Shown here piece after piece: positions 25,655 through 38,243 of a DNA stretch of 64,000 bases; the first letter of the stretch is position 1, and each line of letters opens with the position of its first letter. Below the pieces are notes generated by a model. That model did not search any database. It was not told the DNA's origin and saw only the letters and a program-made list of their open reading frames with translations. The stretch is from Takakia lepidozioides (lineage: Eukaryota; Plantae; Bryophyta), in assembly GCA_030704615.1 (NCBI GenBank), contig CM060732.1, positions 50,282,001-50,346,000 of the forward strand, written 5' to 3'. The position numbers were made by a program, and so were the translations under genes.

Positions 25655-26804
25655 GTTCGGGCAAGGTGAAATGGTGTTATTGAGGCTGCCGATTTTGGGA
25701 CACGAGGATGAATCGGCAATTGCATGACAGTAACTAAATGTAGGTGTGTGAGTGTGTGTGTAGGGCAGGGATCACTTATATATGTGGGTGTGTTGTTTGG
25801 CAGGGATGGCCGTGTGGAGTGTGATGTGCATACAGTTGATCGGAGTGTTATGTGTTCGCTGCCACAATGGGCTATTGGGATTTCATTGACCATGCATGTG
25901 TGTGTGTGGGTGGGTGAGTGTGTATGTACGTGCGTGCGTGCGTGCGTGCGTTGCTTTGGGAGGGGGGGGTTGTCTGCATATGAGGGCAGAGAAGGGGGTT
26001 CGATCCCCCCTCAGTTCACAGTAAGCTCGTTCCTTTCCAGTGAGTGAGTGAGGAAAGAGGTGGTTGAAGGTGTCACGGGAGAATGAACGACGTGTTTGAA
26101 GGGCAGTTGAAGTCGGGTGGATGGCGGGCCTATGCAAAAGGTGAAGTGGGTCAGCGGGCTTGTTTGGGCGACGTGGCCCTGAGAAGTAGGTGCTTAGTGA
26201 CGTGGCCTGAAAAATGTTGCTGGAGACAGTGCTAAGTCCGGCAAGCCTTTGCCTGACTTATCACATAAACCTCCATCGGTGTTGTAATCTTACTCAAATT
26301 TGTCTAGATATTGGGCAGTGCGTTGTACTATTCATAATGCAAAGATTGACCATTGGAAATTGCATTTGGCCAAGCATTTGAGGACACCATGGGAGGCATC
26401 TTTGATGTTGTTGAAAATATGAAATTTTGGCCCCTCCCCATTCACATATAAAGCAACCCCCTCCAATTCTTTGAGGTTTGACCTCAAATTTGGTGGTATT
26501 TCATTTTGCATGTGAATATGGAGAGGATTTATCCACCAAATTTCTGAACATGGCCCTGGGGCTTGGTCAAACCTGACATTCACATGCATTTTCCATATTT
26601 CCAACAAAATGATCTATTTTGTTTTGTTATAATTTCCTAATTCCAACGGTGGAATCTGCCAAGATTTTCTGAGGATGTGTATCCGACATGTACGAATGGT
26701 TCAATGGTTCATCTTTGTGGATGACTGGGGGTAGGTAGATATAGGCTATTATCCTTAAGGTGGGTTTTGTCAAAAAAAATAAAAACAGCTCTCGTTGCTT
26801 AAGG

Positions 26805-27500
26805 TGTCGTGCGCATACATATCGCTACACAACTACATCGCTGTCCAAAACCACACAACACATGTGCACACCACACACTAGTATACCACTAGTCCACCAC
26901 TAGTTCAGCCACTAGTCCAACCACTAGGCTACAACTAGTCAGTCACTAGGCTGCCACTATGCTGCCCACTATGGCAGTCACTAGTCCACACAATGATAAA
27001 GAAGAAGAATACAAGCACGAGCTCACAAATCTGAAGCATAAACTCATGCATATATAACCTCATCACTCAAATACAAGTCAAGCCAAGTGCACCCCACGCC
27101 ATGGGGAATCCACACTACGGCGCCATAGCTACGCGCGGTGAGGCTCAACTTAAGAAAGATGAGCCTTCCACGCTTGCCGTGAAGATAACCACTCCAGGGC
27201 CTAAATCTGCCTTGACCCCTGGATTGACACTTGGGCCAATCCCAAATGTCAATATGTAAAAGCTAGCTATTTCCTAGCTAGTTTCACACTAGTGGTAAAA
27301 TAACTTGACAGCTGTCGTGCGCATACATATCGCTACACAACTACATCGCTGTCCAAAACCACACAACACATGTGCACACCACACACTAGTATACCACTAG
27401 TCCACCACTAGTCCAGCCACTAGTCCAACCACTAGGCTACAACTAGTCAGTCACTAGGCTGCCACTATGCTGCCCACTATGGCAGTCACTAGTCCACACA
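26805..27500 (-). repeat. 3' terminal structure of the DNMT-Gypsy: A (27500-27313), gc, B, A (26992-26805)
   Basis: Two 188-bp A units differ at one base. Block 27310-26805 has TGTC...GACA ends. A PPT-like AGTTAGGGGGGCG lies at ~27515-27503. Confidence 0.9.
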
Positions 27501-27760
27501 ATCGCCCCCCTAACTGGTGCTTAGGTCCCTCTAAGTCCAGGTAGCCACAAGATGTGATAGTGACCATAGCCTCACTAAGTCCTCCACCACTATCCCTACT
27601 ACACTCAAACTCGATAGATCAAGAGGCCGGGTGCAAGAGTTGCCCCATCGTTAGTCGCCGTCTTGCAACCTGTGAACTTGAGCTTGGGATCTCATGTATT
27701 GACTCCTATGAGCTTGGCCTCCCATGTCTTGTTAGCTGCCTCCAGTCATGTCCACTGCCA

Positions 27761-29185
27761 CTATCCCAAGCAATGTGGACACAACCAATCTCCGTCAGGA
27801 ACCTTCTCAAGAGGTGGTGTCAAGCATCCCATATGCCAACCCTTTGAGCATTGATCACACACCAGCATGGTGGCTGCCCCTTTGGCAGACCCACAGAGCA
27901 TGCACCTCAAACCTGCAGGTACCACTGCCAAGTTTGGGTCAACTCTGCCATCGACATTGGGAAGGTGACATGACGCACAATTACGCACATGGTCCTTCCA
28001 AGTCATGCCATCCCGACCCTCTAAGATCAGGACCCCAGAGGGCAACACCTCTCGAACCCTCAAAATAACACGCCCTGCAGTAACATCCAGAGTCGTAGGA
28101 GCAGTCTGCTGCAAATAAACATAGTCACCAGGGCTAAACCTCCGAACCCCAGGACGATATCCTCCACCACGTATAGTGGCATACCTCAACGTATCACGGT
28201 GCTATACAATGGCAAGGTTCTCAAAAGCCATGGGCATGACTTTCTTGAACAACTCTGCACGCTGATCACATGCACGTACCCACACGTCCGGATCGTCAAG
28301 GTTAAGGACTTGAGCAGTGTCCCTACTAACGGTTGCAGGCAAATCCGGCTCTCGGCCAAAGAGAAGGAAATATGGTGAGAAGGAGGCAAGTGATGCTTGT
28401 TTGTTGAACCTGTAGCCCATGGCTAACCAAGGAACCTGAAGATCCCAATCTCCTAGGTGTCCCTTCTGCAAGCCATATTTGCACAAACCCCTCTTCACCG
28501 TCTGAACAACTCTCTCTGCTAAGCCATCGGCCTCAGGATGATCCCGAGAAGTGGTGCGGTGGTCTATCAAGGCTTTATCACACAAAGCCTGAAACTCCCC
28601 CAAGAACTCTCTCCCTTGGTCCGTGAGTACCTCAGCTGGAGCACCAAATCGGCTAAGCACACGATCCAAGAATGCATACGCAGCCCCCTCACTAGCCTTG
28701 TCAGGCAATGGAACCAACTCAATCCACTTGGAGAAGTGCTCCACCATCACCAACACATATCTGTGGTGGCACATAGTCAGTGGCAACGGTCCTGCGAAGT
28801 CAAGACTCCACCTGTAGCCCAATCCCATGATTGGTAAATGATGCAACTGTGGTGTAGGGGCGTTGAATGAAGCACGCACCATGTCACACACCATGCACCT
28901 AGCCACGAACTGTTGCACCTCTGTATGCATACCACGCCACCAATACTGCCCTTGCAGTAAACTGTGAGTGCGTCGCACTCCAAAATGCCCCAACTCCTCA
29001 TGGGCATGCCGCACTAACCGTGCACGTTGTGTGGGGTGAGGCACAATCCTCACCCGACCATCCTCCCACACTCGAAGTAGGTGTATCCCCTCCCACTTGA
29101 ACCTCTTGGCTCGTTGCAGGATCCGATCCCTCTCCCTAGCAGTCACACTGGCTGCCGTGTCTCCCGTGCGGAGGTAATCCAACAC
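27761..29185 (-). pseudogene. Integrase (HHCC + DDE) with C-terminal PHD finger
   Basis: One frame with an internal TAG at 28202. The PHD CMLC...MLVCDQCSKGWHMGCLTPPLEKVPDGDWLCPHC is C4HC3. Confidence 0.92.
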
Positions 29186-29242
29186 AGCCGAATCCTCATG
29201 TATATCTCTGGCACCACTTGGCTCATCACTAGCCTCAGGGTC

Positions 29243-30800
29243 CTAAGACACTTCGTCTACAGTCATCCCTGTTGTAGGTCCAACCTGACCTCCCGATGCC
29301 AAGATACATAAAAATGCAGATGCGTGCCATCCCGGCACCATCTCCTCGTCCGTCTCACCATGCCACCGAGCTCCTGTGTCATCCTGCTGGCTCATGCATG
29401 GATTGCGACTCAATCCATCCGCATCCCGATTGACCAAACTTGGTCGATGCACAACCTGAAAGTCATACTCCTGGAGTATAAGTGCCCACCGTGCAAGCTT
29501 CCCCGTAAGCTTGTCTGACTCCATCAACCACTTGAGTGGCTGGTGATCCGTGACAAGGGTGAAAAGATTGCCGTATAGATAGCACCTGAAGTGTGCCACA
29601 GCCCACACTGCAGCTAAGCACTCTCCCTCATATGAGCTATACTTAGCCTCTGCAGCGTTGTTCGAGCGGCTAGCATAAGCCATTACGAACTCTCTTCCCT
29701 CATCATCCACATGTGTGAGCACCGCTCCAAGCCCCAGCATGCTCCAATCCGTATGCAGCTGAAAGGGACGCCCCTTGATAGGTCGTCTCAAGATAGGCGC
29801 CGAGGTCAACCTCGCCTTGAGCTCTTGAAAAGCTCGTTCTTGCTCATCTTCCCACTGCCACTCCTGGTCCACCTTGGTCAGCTTGGTTAGAGCCTTTGCA
29901 ATGGTACTAAATCCCTTGACAAACCGTCTATAATAGTTTGCCAACCCCATGAAAGCTCGAACTTGGCTCACATCCGTGGGGCGTGGAATTTGTGCAATGG
30001 CCGCTACCTTAGTCTGCTGTACCCCCAATCCTCCAGGATATATCATGTGACCCAGATACTCAATCTGGTTGTGGAAAAACTTGCACTTCCCCGGATGCAA
30101 CTTCAATCCATGCGCTCTCAAGCGCTCCAATACCACCTGAAGGTGTCTCTCATGCTCCTCCATCGTAACACTAAAGATGATGATGTCATCTATGTAGCAC
30201 CGAGCAAAGTCCACCCCTGCTAGAATCCTATCCATGACTCTCTGAAACTCTGCAGGAGCATTCTTAAGCCCAAATGGTAAGAACCGTCACTGATATAGGC
30301 AATCCTTGCCGTGCTCATTGATCCCCCAGAATGTCGTCTTCTGCTTGTCCGCCTCCTTGATTGGCAACTGGTGATATCCGGATCGTAAATCCAAAGTGCT
30401 AAAGGCCTTAACATGCCCGATGGCATCAAAGATCTCCTCTGGTGTTGGCATGGCATACTTATCGGACTTGGTCTGACGATTTATAGGCCGGTAATCACCG
30501 CACATATGTCTCTCCGTCCAATTGCCATAGACATCCTTCTTGGCTGGCATCACTGTGGCTGAAGCATACTCTCCACCAGAGAGCTCCACCAAACCTGCCT
30601 CCCAGAGATCTTGAGTCCTCATCTGAATCAAAGACCTCTCCATGTCACTGTATCTATAGGGTCTCCGAAAGATTGGCGTGTCAGTGGCCAATTCAATACG
30701 GATCTCTTGACCCTTCAGTGCTCCCAAGTCCTTCAAACTGAAGGCAAAGCAATTCTTGTAAGCCCTCAGGAACCGCCGTATACGTCGTCTCTCTCCTCCG
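29243..30800 (-). pseudogene. Reverse transcriptase and RNase H
   Basis: One frame with a TGA at 30287 (Q*RFLPFGLKNAPAEFQR); YIDD; LVTDHQPL. Confidence 0.95.
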
Positions 30801-31199
30801 CTGACAATGGGTCCAATGTCAGGCTCCCAATTGTCCTCCGTAACTGCAACCTTAAGTCCAGTGGGCCTAGAGGTAGAGGACGCGTCCAGTGGTTGCTATG
30901 TTGCAACCTCTTGAGCAGTACTCCCTACCTGCTCAGTCAATGACAAGGCCTCATCCTGCCCCATCATCTCATCCTTGAGGACCTCCTCAACCCGAGAAGA
31001 ACCCCAACCTCATCCATCATAGCCGCCTTGGCTGCCAACTCCCTCTGAAGCTCAAGCACCTCCCACGTGTGCCATGAATGCATGCACCCCGTGGTCCACA
31101 CATGCTCGCCCTCACTCACTGCCTGTACCGTCTCGGTAGGCAGAGAGACCATTGAGGAAAGTATACTCCGCACTCTGCATTGCTCAGCCAGAGCCAAGC

Positions 31200-32150
31200 T
31201 GATAATCCAGGTCAAGCAATTGAGATCCATTGCTTGCCCCAACACTGACGTGATGCCTCAGAAAGAGACGACACCGCCGTGGTACTAGTGGTAAAACCCA
31301 TTGCCCGCTCACGCTCGTCAGCATTAGGCTCCACTAACTGTTGCAACTGAGCATCCCACAGGAGGCCAGGTCCACTATCTCGGAAAGCATGCGATCCTGG
31401 GAAGCTGAGCAGTGTAGGTAATGCTGCTCGTGGTTGACCCACCTTGTTGACCACTGCCAAAGGCGAACGGTCATCGTGTCTCACACGCTGAGACTGCCTC
31501 TTTGTGTCCAGAATGTTATCCAATGTGAGATGTGCTGGCCGCTGCACCCCATCAAATGCACGCTTGAGTAGTGCGGGTGGCATCAAGTTAGTCCACCATA
31601 GCCGTGGACGATGAGCCCGTGACCCCACTGTAGCTGCATCTAGCAACACTGCTGACCCAAGCCATGACCGGACTTGATGCACACTGGCCATCACCCTGGC
31701 CCAAGAATCGCCCATCAGTGGCACATTCTCCAAGATGTATGCTGGAGATACAGCTTGATGAAGCTGCAAGTGGCGCAAAACCCGCACCATCTCCCAAAAC
31801 AGACCCGACCTCGAGTCTCGCAATCCATTGTCATGCCCGGCTGATGAATGCCCTTGGCAGGGCCAACCTGCCACTACCAGATCAATGGAGCCAACCCGCT
31901 CCAAATTCCTGCGCCCCCAGCAACGAAATGTCTGCTGGCAAGGCCTGCTGATATCCACGAATTGCAGACACCGACAACAACTCAGGGTACCGCTGCACCA
32001 ACTGAGCAACATGGCGAAGTGAAACGTGTCGTGCAGTCTCATCTCTCTCCACATACAGGTAACGCCAAACTCGTATACCTGCCTGTAACACAGCAGCCAA
32101 TCCGGTGCTGATCCCGCCAAACAAGTCCAGAAGACAAATGCCTTCATCCG
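31200..32150 (-). pseudogene. C5-cytosine DNA methyltransferase domain (DNMT3/DRM-like motif style) inside the pol polyprotein
   Basis: Motif I LLDLFGGI, II YVERD, IV DLVVAGWPCQG, V DSRSGLF, VI YILENV, VIII AHRPRLWWTN, IX ERERAMGF, X LGQAMD. Frameshifts at ~31903 and ~31245. Confidence 0.92.
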
Positions 32151-35062
32151 AATACTGCCACATAATAGGTGTGGTGTCCAATGGAGAGAATTGAGGTGGT
32201 GCTGGTGCAATCCCCGCACTCTCCTCCTCTCCTGACGGTACAAAAGCCTCCACCCAGGCTTGTTGCACCCGTCGATCAGCCTCCCGCTGCAAATCCTTGC
32301 TTGTGCCCCACAATGGAGTCTGAGCAACCATGGTAGGCAACTCCGCCATACCATACATGTCATCCTGCTCTCCCGGAGGTGGTACATCCTCTGAATGAGC
32401 GTTGCCCTCAACCAACTCTCTAGGCCAACTCACTGCCACTATGAATGTTGCTAGTGTCGGCATCTTGCCTCGCTGGGCAACCGCAACTCCTCCTATGAAC
32501 GTCACAGGGAGCTGCACACGCCGGCCCTCCCCTGACTGCCATGCAGGCCTATAGGAAGCTGACTCCTCCCAAAAATCCAGGGTGAAGCCCATGGGGTACA
32601 ACACTGCCCCACCAACCAGGACATCGTATGAGACCGCGTCTGTCACAATGGCCTTGGCTCGCATCACTGAGCCATCTGTAGGGTGATCCGGCCGTAGTCT
32701 GATAGCCAACTCACGTCGTGTCATGCCCCGAGCTTGCTCCGATCCTCCCAGAGACGTCTGTATCTGGAAAAGACAAGGCTTTATATCCGCCTCCGTGAGG
32801 CCCAAGCCTGCAATAGCAGCTCTGCCCAGCATCAGTGGCTGAGCTCCCGAGTCCAACAAGATCCGCAGTGGCCGGTACCTCTTGCCTGCCGGCCCACTCA
32901 AACAGAAAATGCCATCCTGGTTGTCTAACATGACAACTCCAGGTGTCACCATGGCGCGCTCAATGGCTGGCCTAGCTGGCAGCTCCATCAACCTGGCAGC
33001 TGCAGCTTGCCATGGCGCCGCCGTGGCAGTCTTGACCCTCAAATCCGAGGATCCCTCCGGCACTACACCTCCTACTATCTCCGCAGAAGATGAAGTAACC
33101 TCCCCACTCTCACAGAGTGTAGCTGCCAGCCTGAACACCTCAGCTGGTCTTACCCCCGGCGTCGCAATCATGGTAGCCGAGAACAATGGAGCCTGACACA
33201 CAGATATGGCCGCTCCTAGCAGCACACTAGCTGCCGTAGCCTTGGCGACACTAGGTAGTGGTGCTACCCGTGTAGCTCTCCCCAATGGCATAGTAACCTC
33301 CGCCTCGGTAAGAGTCGGGCAGAACTAGGTGCCATGGATGGCGTCGACACTGTCTCCACCAATGTGAATGACTGAGGAAGCCTAGCCTGACGGCTTGCCT
33401 CCCCACGCTGTGGATCCAACTCCACCTCTGCACCTCGTGGCTCAGGAACTCGAGCTGCTCCTCGAGTCACGGCTGCAGCAGACTCCACCTGCACTAGTGG
33501 TAGTGCTGCTCCACACATGAATCCCATGCCTCCCATATCTCCTCCCTCAGGAGTAGGAGGTGGACCATCTGGCCTTAGAGCCGGTACCACCTGAGCTGTA
33601 GCCATGGCAGCAAGCCTCTGCTCTAGCTGTTGAAGCCAGTTGGCCATGCCTTGGTCAACACCTTGACCTCCGCGTCCTTGGCCATGTTGAGCTTGCCCTT
33701 GGCCTGCACCTCGTGGCTGGCCACCTCGTCCTCTCTGGGCTGCTCCACCTCGCCCCCGGCCACCATTGTTCCCTTGGAACTGGCCTGGACGCAACTCAGG
33801 ATGCAAACCATAACACTGGGCCTCTCCATGCCCGTGCTTGCCACAATGCCCACACTGCAACTGTGCAGGCTGTGCATGTGCCGGCCCTTTGCCTCCCTCT
33901 GGGCAATCCTTCTTGACATGGGGTCCTCCACATGTCCAGCACACCACATCCGCCCGTTGTTGGCCAGCAAATGAAGGGAGAGACCCCTGCATCTGAGGTC
34001 CTCTCTGCCCTTCCCTGCGCTTCACCTGAGCCCCCTTGTTGCCTTGAGCAAGTTGAGGTAGTGGTTGGCTAGGAGCACCACTACCCCGTGGTGTCTCCTT
34101 AGCAAATCCCACCGTGACCACTCGTTCCTCCACCATGTTGAGCTCTATCCGCTCTGCCAGCAAAAACACATTTGCTAAGGTAGGTTGGGCCGCTTGTAGG
34201 AGAGTTGCATCCCGCACCCTTCTCCTCAGCTCCTTGTCCAATATCCCATACCAGAATTGGACTGCCTGAGCTTCCGTAACCCTTGGGTTACATTTATCAA
34301 GCGCCTCATGCGAGTGAAAGCCTCCCTCAAGCTCTCGGTCGGTTTCCGTTGGAACTCTTGCAAGCTCCGCAACTTCTCTGTCATCACCCCTTGGTAGTTC
34401 CCTCTCAACTCTTCGAAGAACTCCACAACAGGGTTGAAGGCAGGCACGGGTGCTAATGCTGGTGCGGTAGTGGCTTGGGTGGACATCGTAGCTACTGTAC
34501 CACCAGTCCCACTGCTACTTGCTGAAGCTGCCGGTGCAGTGGCAGGTGTAGCCACTGCCCTCGTGGCTCTAGTGCCCCTAGTGATGGAGACATAGTCGGG
34601 TGACCAGTACATCCTCCACTCCTCGATCTCAACCTCATGCCCCCGCCTGAACTCATGGTAATCATCCATAGGCGGCCCCTCAAGGTGCTGAAACAGCCCC
34701 TTCCATGCCATGAAAGGCGTAAATAGTTGTGGATTGCGCATTTGCTGCAAATCACACCAACTATCAAACTCTTGGATAAAATCATCCAACTCGATGGTGC
34801 CCACCGCCCCAGAGTACCTTCGTGGCCCCTTGGTAGTTCCATACATCTCCTCCATTGTGTCCCACAACAATGGCAAAGAAACAACTTGCACCGCCGGTAT
34901 GAGTCCTCCTGATTCACAATCCGAATCAGAACCTTCCGTAGAAGACACAGGAGGTGAAGGTGGCCTAAACCGCACACCTCGTCTCGTGTACCCACTAGTA
35001 TCGCTAGTGCTCGAACCGGCACTGTCCCCAGCAACTAGTGGCACCTCCGTGTTGACACTCAA
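32150..35062 (-). pseudogene. gag and aspartic protease
   Basis: Gag-like LRSLQEFQRKPTESLREAFTRMRRL, two CCHC knuckles, and RILLDSGA...YDVLVG. Frameshifts near 34280 and 33300. Confidence 0.85.
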
Positions 35063-35699
35063 CCGGTCATGAACATGTCCCTAACCCCTCTCCACAAGGT
35101 AACCGGGTAGAGAACCTGTTGCGGCTTATGGTTTGGAATACTAAGTTCCTAACATAGCCTACACCTGTACCTGCATCCACCGCAAGCACTCCTATGGTTG
35201 GCTGGTCATCACCTCCAACCTCACCACAGGAGAAACAATGATGGTCTGGCTGGTCATCACCCCAGCCTCACCATCGACAGCATGCTCTAGGACTGGCCGG
35301 TGATCAAATCCGGACCAATCACCTATAAAAACAAGCGCCCACACAAAACTAGCATGGCGCACAGTCAAGCATGCAGGTATGGAGGGGATCCAAACACAAG
35401 AAATCAGAACGACAACTCCTCACACCAAAAACAACTCCACGGTGTTGCTCCTGCAAGGACCCCCAGCCCAAACCCACCCGGACTGACTCTTGCCTCCACC
35501 TACGGAAAGGTCTTGGCCTAATGAGAGGGTGGAAACTACGAGGAAGAGAAGCTAAAGCAATGCCTACCCCAGCATGCCCTCATCCCACACTCTTCCTCTC
35601 CTCTCTTCCCTCACTTGCATGACCATGGGAATATCATGAAGATACTCCTCAAACCGCCCTCCACGAGCTTCAAAATTCGGCCTTCAAGACCACATGCCA

Positions 35700-37120
35700 G
35701 TCCTTAGGCAGTCCACCAGTGCCTCCACGAGTCAGCACAGGCCGTCCACAGTCAACACGGGCCACCACACAGACCAGCACAGGCCCACACCCCTCACTGG
35801 TCACAGCCGTCACAGTCCCATGGCCACTGGGCACAGCCTGTCACAGCACTCACAGCCCGTCACAAAGCGCCAAAGCCTTTGTCACAGCCTGTCAAAGCCC
35901 CACAGGCACAGGCACAGCCCGCCACAGCCTGTGTCACAGCCCCTCACACCCGTCACAGCTTGCCACAGCCTGTCACAGCCCCTCACAGCCCCACAGGCCA
36001 CAGGGCAAGCCCGTTCACAGCCCCACAGGCCCTAGCCAAAAAAGCCTGTCACAACCCTAAACAGCCCGTCACAGCTCGCCCCAGCCCCTCACAGCCCCAA
36101 AGGCCTCAGGCACGGCCTGTCACAGCCCCTCACAGCCCTCACAGCCCCAAAGGCTCAGGCACGGACCTTGTCACAGCCCTCACAGCCCAAAGGCCACGGG
36201 CACAGCCTGTCAGCCCCTCACAGCCCCTCACAGCCCAACAGTCCACCGGCACCAGCCTGTCACAGCCCCGCACAGCCCGTCCGCCCCACAGGCCACTGGG
36301 CACAGCCTGTCACAGCCTTTCTGTCACAGCCCCAAAGGCCTCAGGGCACGGCCTGGTCACAGCCCCAACACAGCCCGTCACACAGCCCCAAAGGCCTCAG
36401 GCATGGCCTGTCACAGCCCGTCACAAGCCCGTCAAAGCCACAAAAGGCTCAGGCACGGCCTTCATCACAGCCCCTTCACGACCCAAAGGCCACGGGCACA
36501 GCCTGTCACAGCCCCTCACAAGCCGTCCAAAGCTGCCCCACAGGCCTCAGGCCGGCCGGACACAAGCCCGTCACAGCCCATCCACAGCCCCCAAAGGCCC
36601 GGGGCAGGCTTGTCACAACCCATCAAGCCCGTCACAGCCCCAAAGGCCTCAGGACACGGCCTGTCACAGCCCTCACAGCCCATCACAGCCTAAAGGCCAC
36701 GGACAGCCTGTCATAGCCCCAAAAGGCACCGGCACAGCCCCTCAAGCCCCAAAGGCCTCAGGCACGGCCTGACACAGCCCCCTCACAGCCCGTCACAGCC
36801 CCAAAGGCCTCAGAGGAGGCACGGCCTTTTTTTTGTCACAGCCCCTCACAGCCCATCACAGCCACCAAAGGCCATGGCACAGCCTGTCACAGCCCCTCAC
36901 AGCCCACAAGGCCACTGGGCACAGCCTTTTGGTCACAGCAGCGGCACAGCCAGTCACAGCCCACAGGCCACTGGGCACGGCCTGTCAAAACCACGCACAG
37001 CCCTCACAGCTCGCCACAGCCCTCACAGCCCCAAGGCCTCAGGAACGGCCTGTCACAGCCCCTCACAGCCCGTCACAGCCACCAAGGCCCACAGGGACAA
37101 GCCCGTCACAGCCCCATCCA
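35700..37120. repeat. CACAGCC-based degenerate tandem array
   Basis: Very many cacagcc / gtcacagccc / aaaggcctcaggcacggcctgt variants. Confidence 0.9.
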
Positions 37121-37711
37121 TGGCCGCTCTGGAAGTTAGCCATTTTCCAGGGGTTTAGCCCCGCCAAGCTAGGGTCTGTGTCTCTTGGACTCTAGGCTTC
37201 TTTCCACCGAGCTATGGCTGGCTGTGAGGAAATCAGCAAGGTATTCTTGCTCTTTCGGCTCCCACACACCACCATAGTAGCCCTAAGCCATGAGGTGGTT
37301 GCCACAAACCAAGCCTTCTTTCTCACTTAGCCTCCCCAAACACGCCACTAAACTCAATGGCAAACAACCAAAGCCCTGCTGGTTCCCAAGCCCTTGTGAC
37401 GCATCATTCAAGCACTCTCCTTGGCCATAGCATCTGTCTTAGAGCCAGCCCCCTACACCCTGCTGCTTCAAGAGTTGCGCTCCCTTCAAGCTTGAAGTTG
37501 AAACCCCAACTCACATAGGCCCTACAAGTGCTTTTCTTTCACTCCAGTGGAAACCAGCCCTAGACCTTCCCTTCTAGCTCTCTAAGCTTGAAAACAAGAG
37601 CCTCAATGGCTGAAGGCATGCACATGCCCCACTCTCACCATAAGAGAATCAGCTCCTTTGCTTCATTTCTTGCACCCACAAACCTGAAAATACAAAGCTT
37701 CATCAGCTGAA

Positions 37712-38211
37712 NNNNNNNNNNNNNNNNNNNNNNNNNNNNNNNNNNNNNNNNNNNNNNNNNNNNNNNNNNNNNNNNNNNNNNNNNNNNNNNNNNNNNNNNN
37801 NNNNNNNNNNNNNNNNNNNNNNNNNNNNNNNNNNNNNNNNNNNNNNNNNNNNNNNNNNNNNNNNNNNNNNNNNNNNNNNNNNNNNNNNNNNNNNNNNNNN
37901 NNNNNNNNNNNNNNNNNNNNNNNNNNNNNNNNNNNNNNNNNNNNNNNNNNNNNNNNNNNNNNNNNNNNNNNNNNNNNNNNNNNNNNNNNNNNNNNNNNNN
38001 NNNNNNNNNNNNNNNNNNNNNNNNNNNNNNNNNNNNNNNNNNNNNNNNNNNNNNNNNNNNNNNNNNNNNNNNNNNNNNNNNNNNNNNNNNNNNNNNNNNN
38101 NNNNNNNNNNNNNNNNNNNNNNNNNNNNNNNNNNNNNNNNNNNNNNNNNNNNNNNNNNNNNNNNNNNNNNNNNNNNNNNNNNNNNNNNNNNNNNNNNNNN
38201 NNNNNNNNNNN
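37712..38211. other. Assembly gap (500 N)
   Basis: Run of N; contiguity across it is unverified. Confidence 1.
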
Positions 38212-38243
38212 CTTGCATACTTGATACTCGGGAGAGAAAGGAG

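Larger units (their letters stand above)
21312..26804 (+). mobile_element. Defective piggyBac element with nested insertions; its 3' tip is cut by the Gypsy LTR
   Basis: TTAA (21308-21311) is followed by cccttaa. The 3' end aacagctctcgttgcttaagg at 26784-26804 is the reverse complement of the 6136 end. A transposase remnant lies at ~24020-24440. Confidence 0.7.
26805..35062 (-). mobile_element. Ty3/Gypsy LTR retrotransposon: gag-PR-C5 methyltransferase-RT-RNaseH-INT-PHD (defective; 5' LTR not visible)
   Basis: Zn knuckles CWTCGGPHVKKDC and CGHCGKHGHGEAQC; protease LLDSGA; RT LDLRSGYHQ and YIDD; RNase H LHTDWS and DADGLSR; integrase HEELGHFG..C..C, LDFAGP, TDQGREF; terminal PHD. Confidence 0.95.

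Noticed and set aside
35694-37195. Pro/Ser/Gln/His-rich ORFs (mucin- or extensin-like)
   Set aside because: Open in several frames only because the CACAGCC repeat lacks stop codons.
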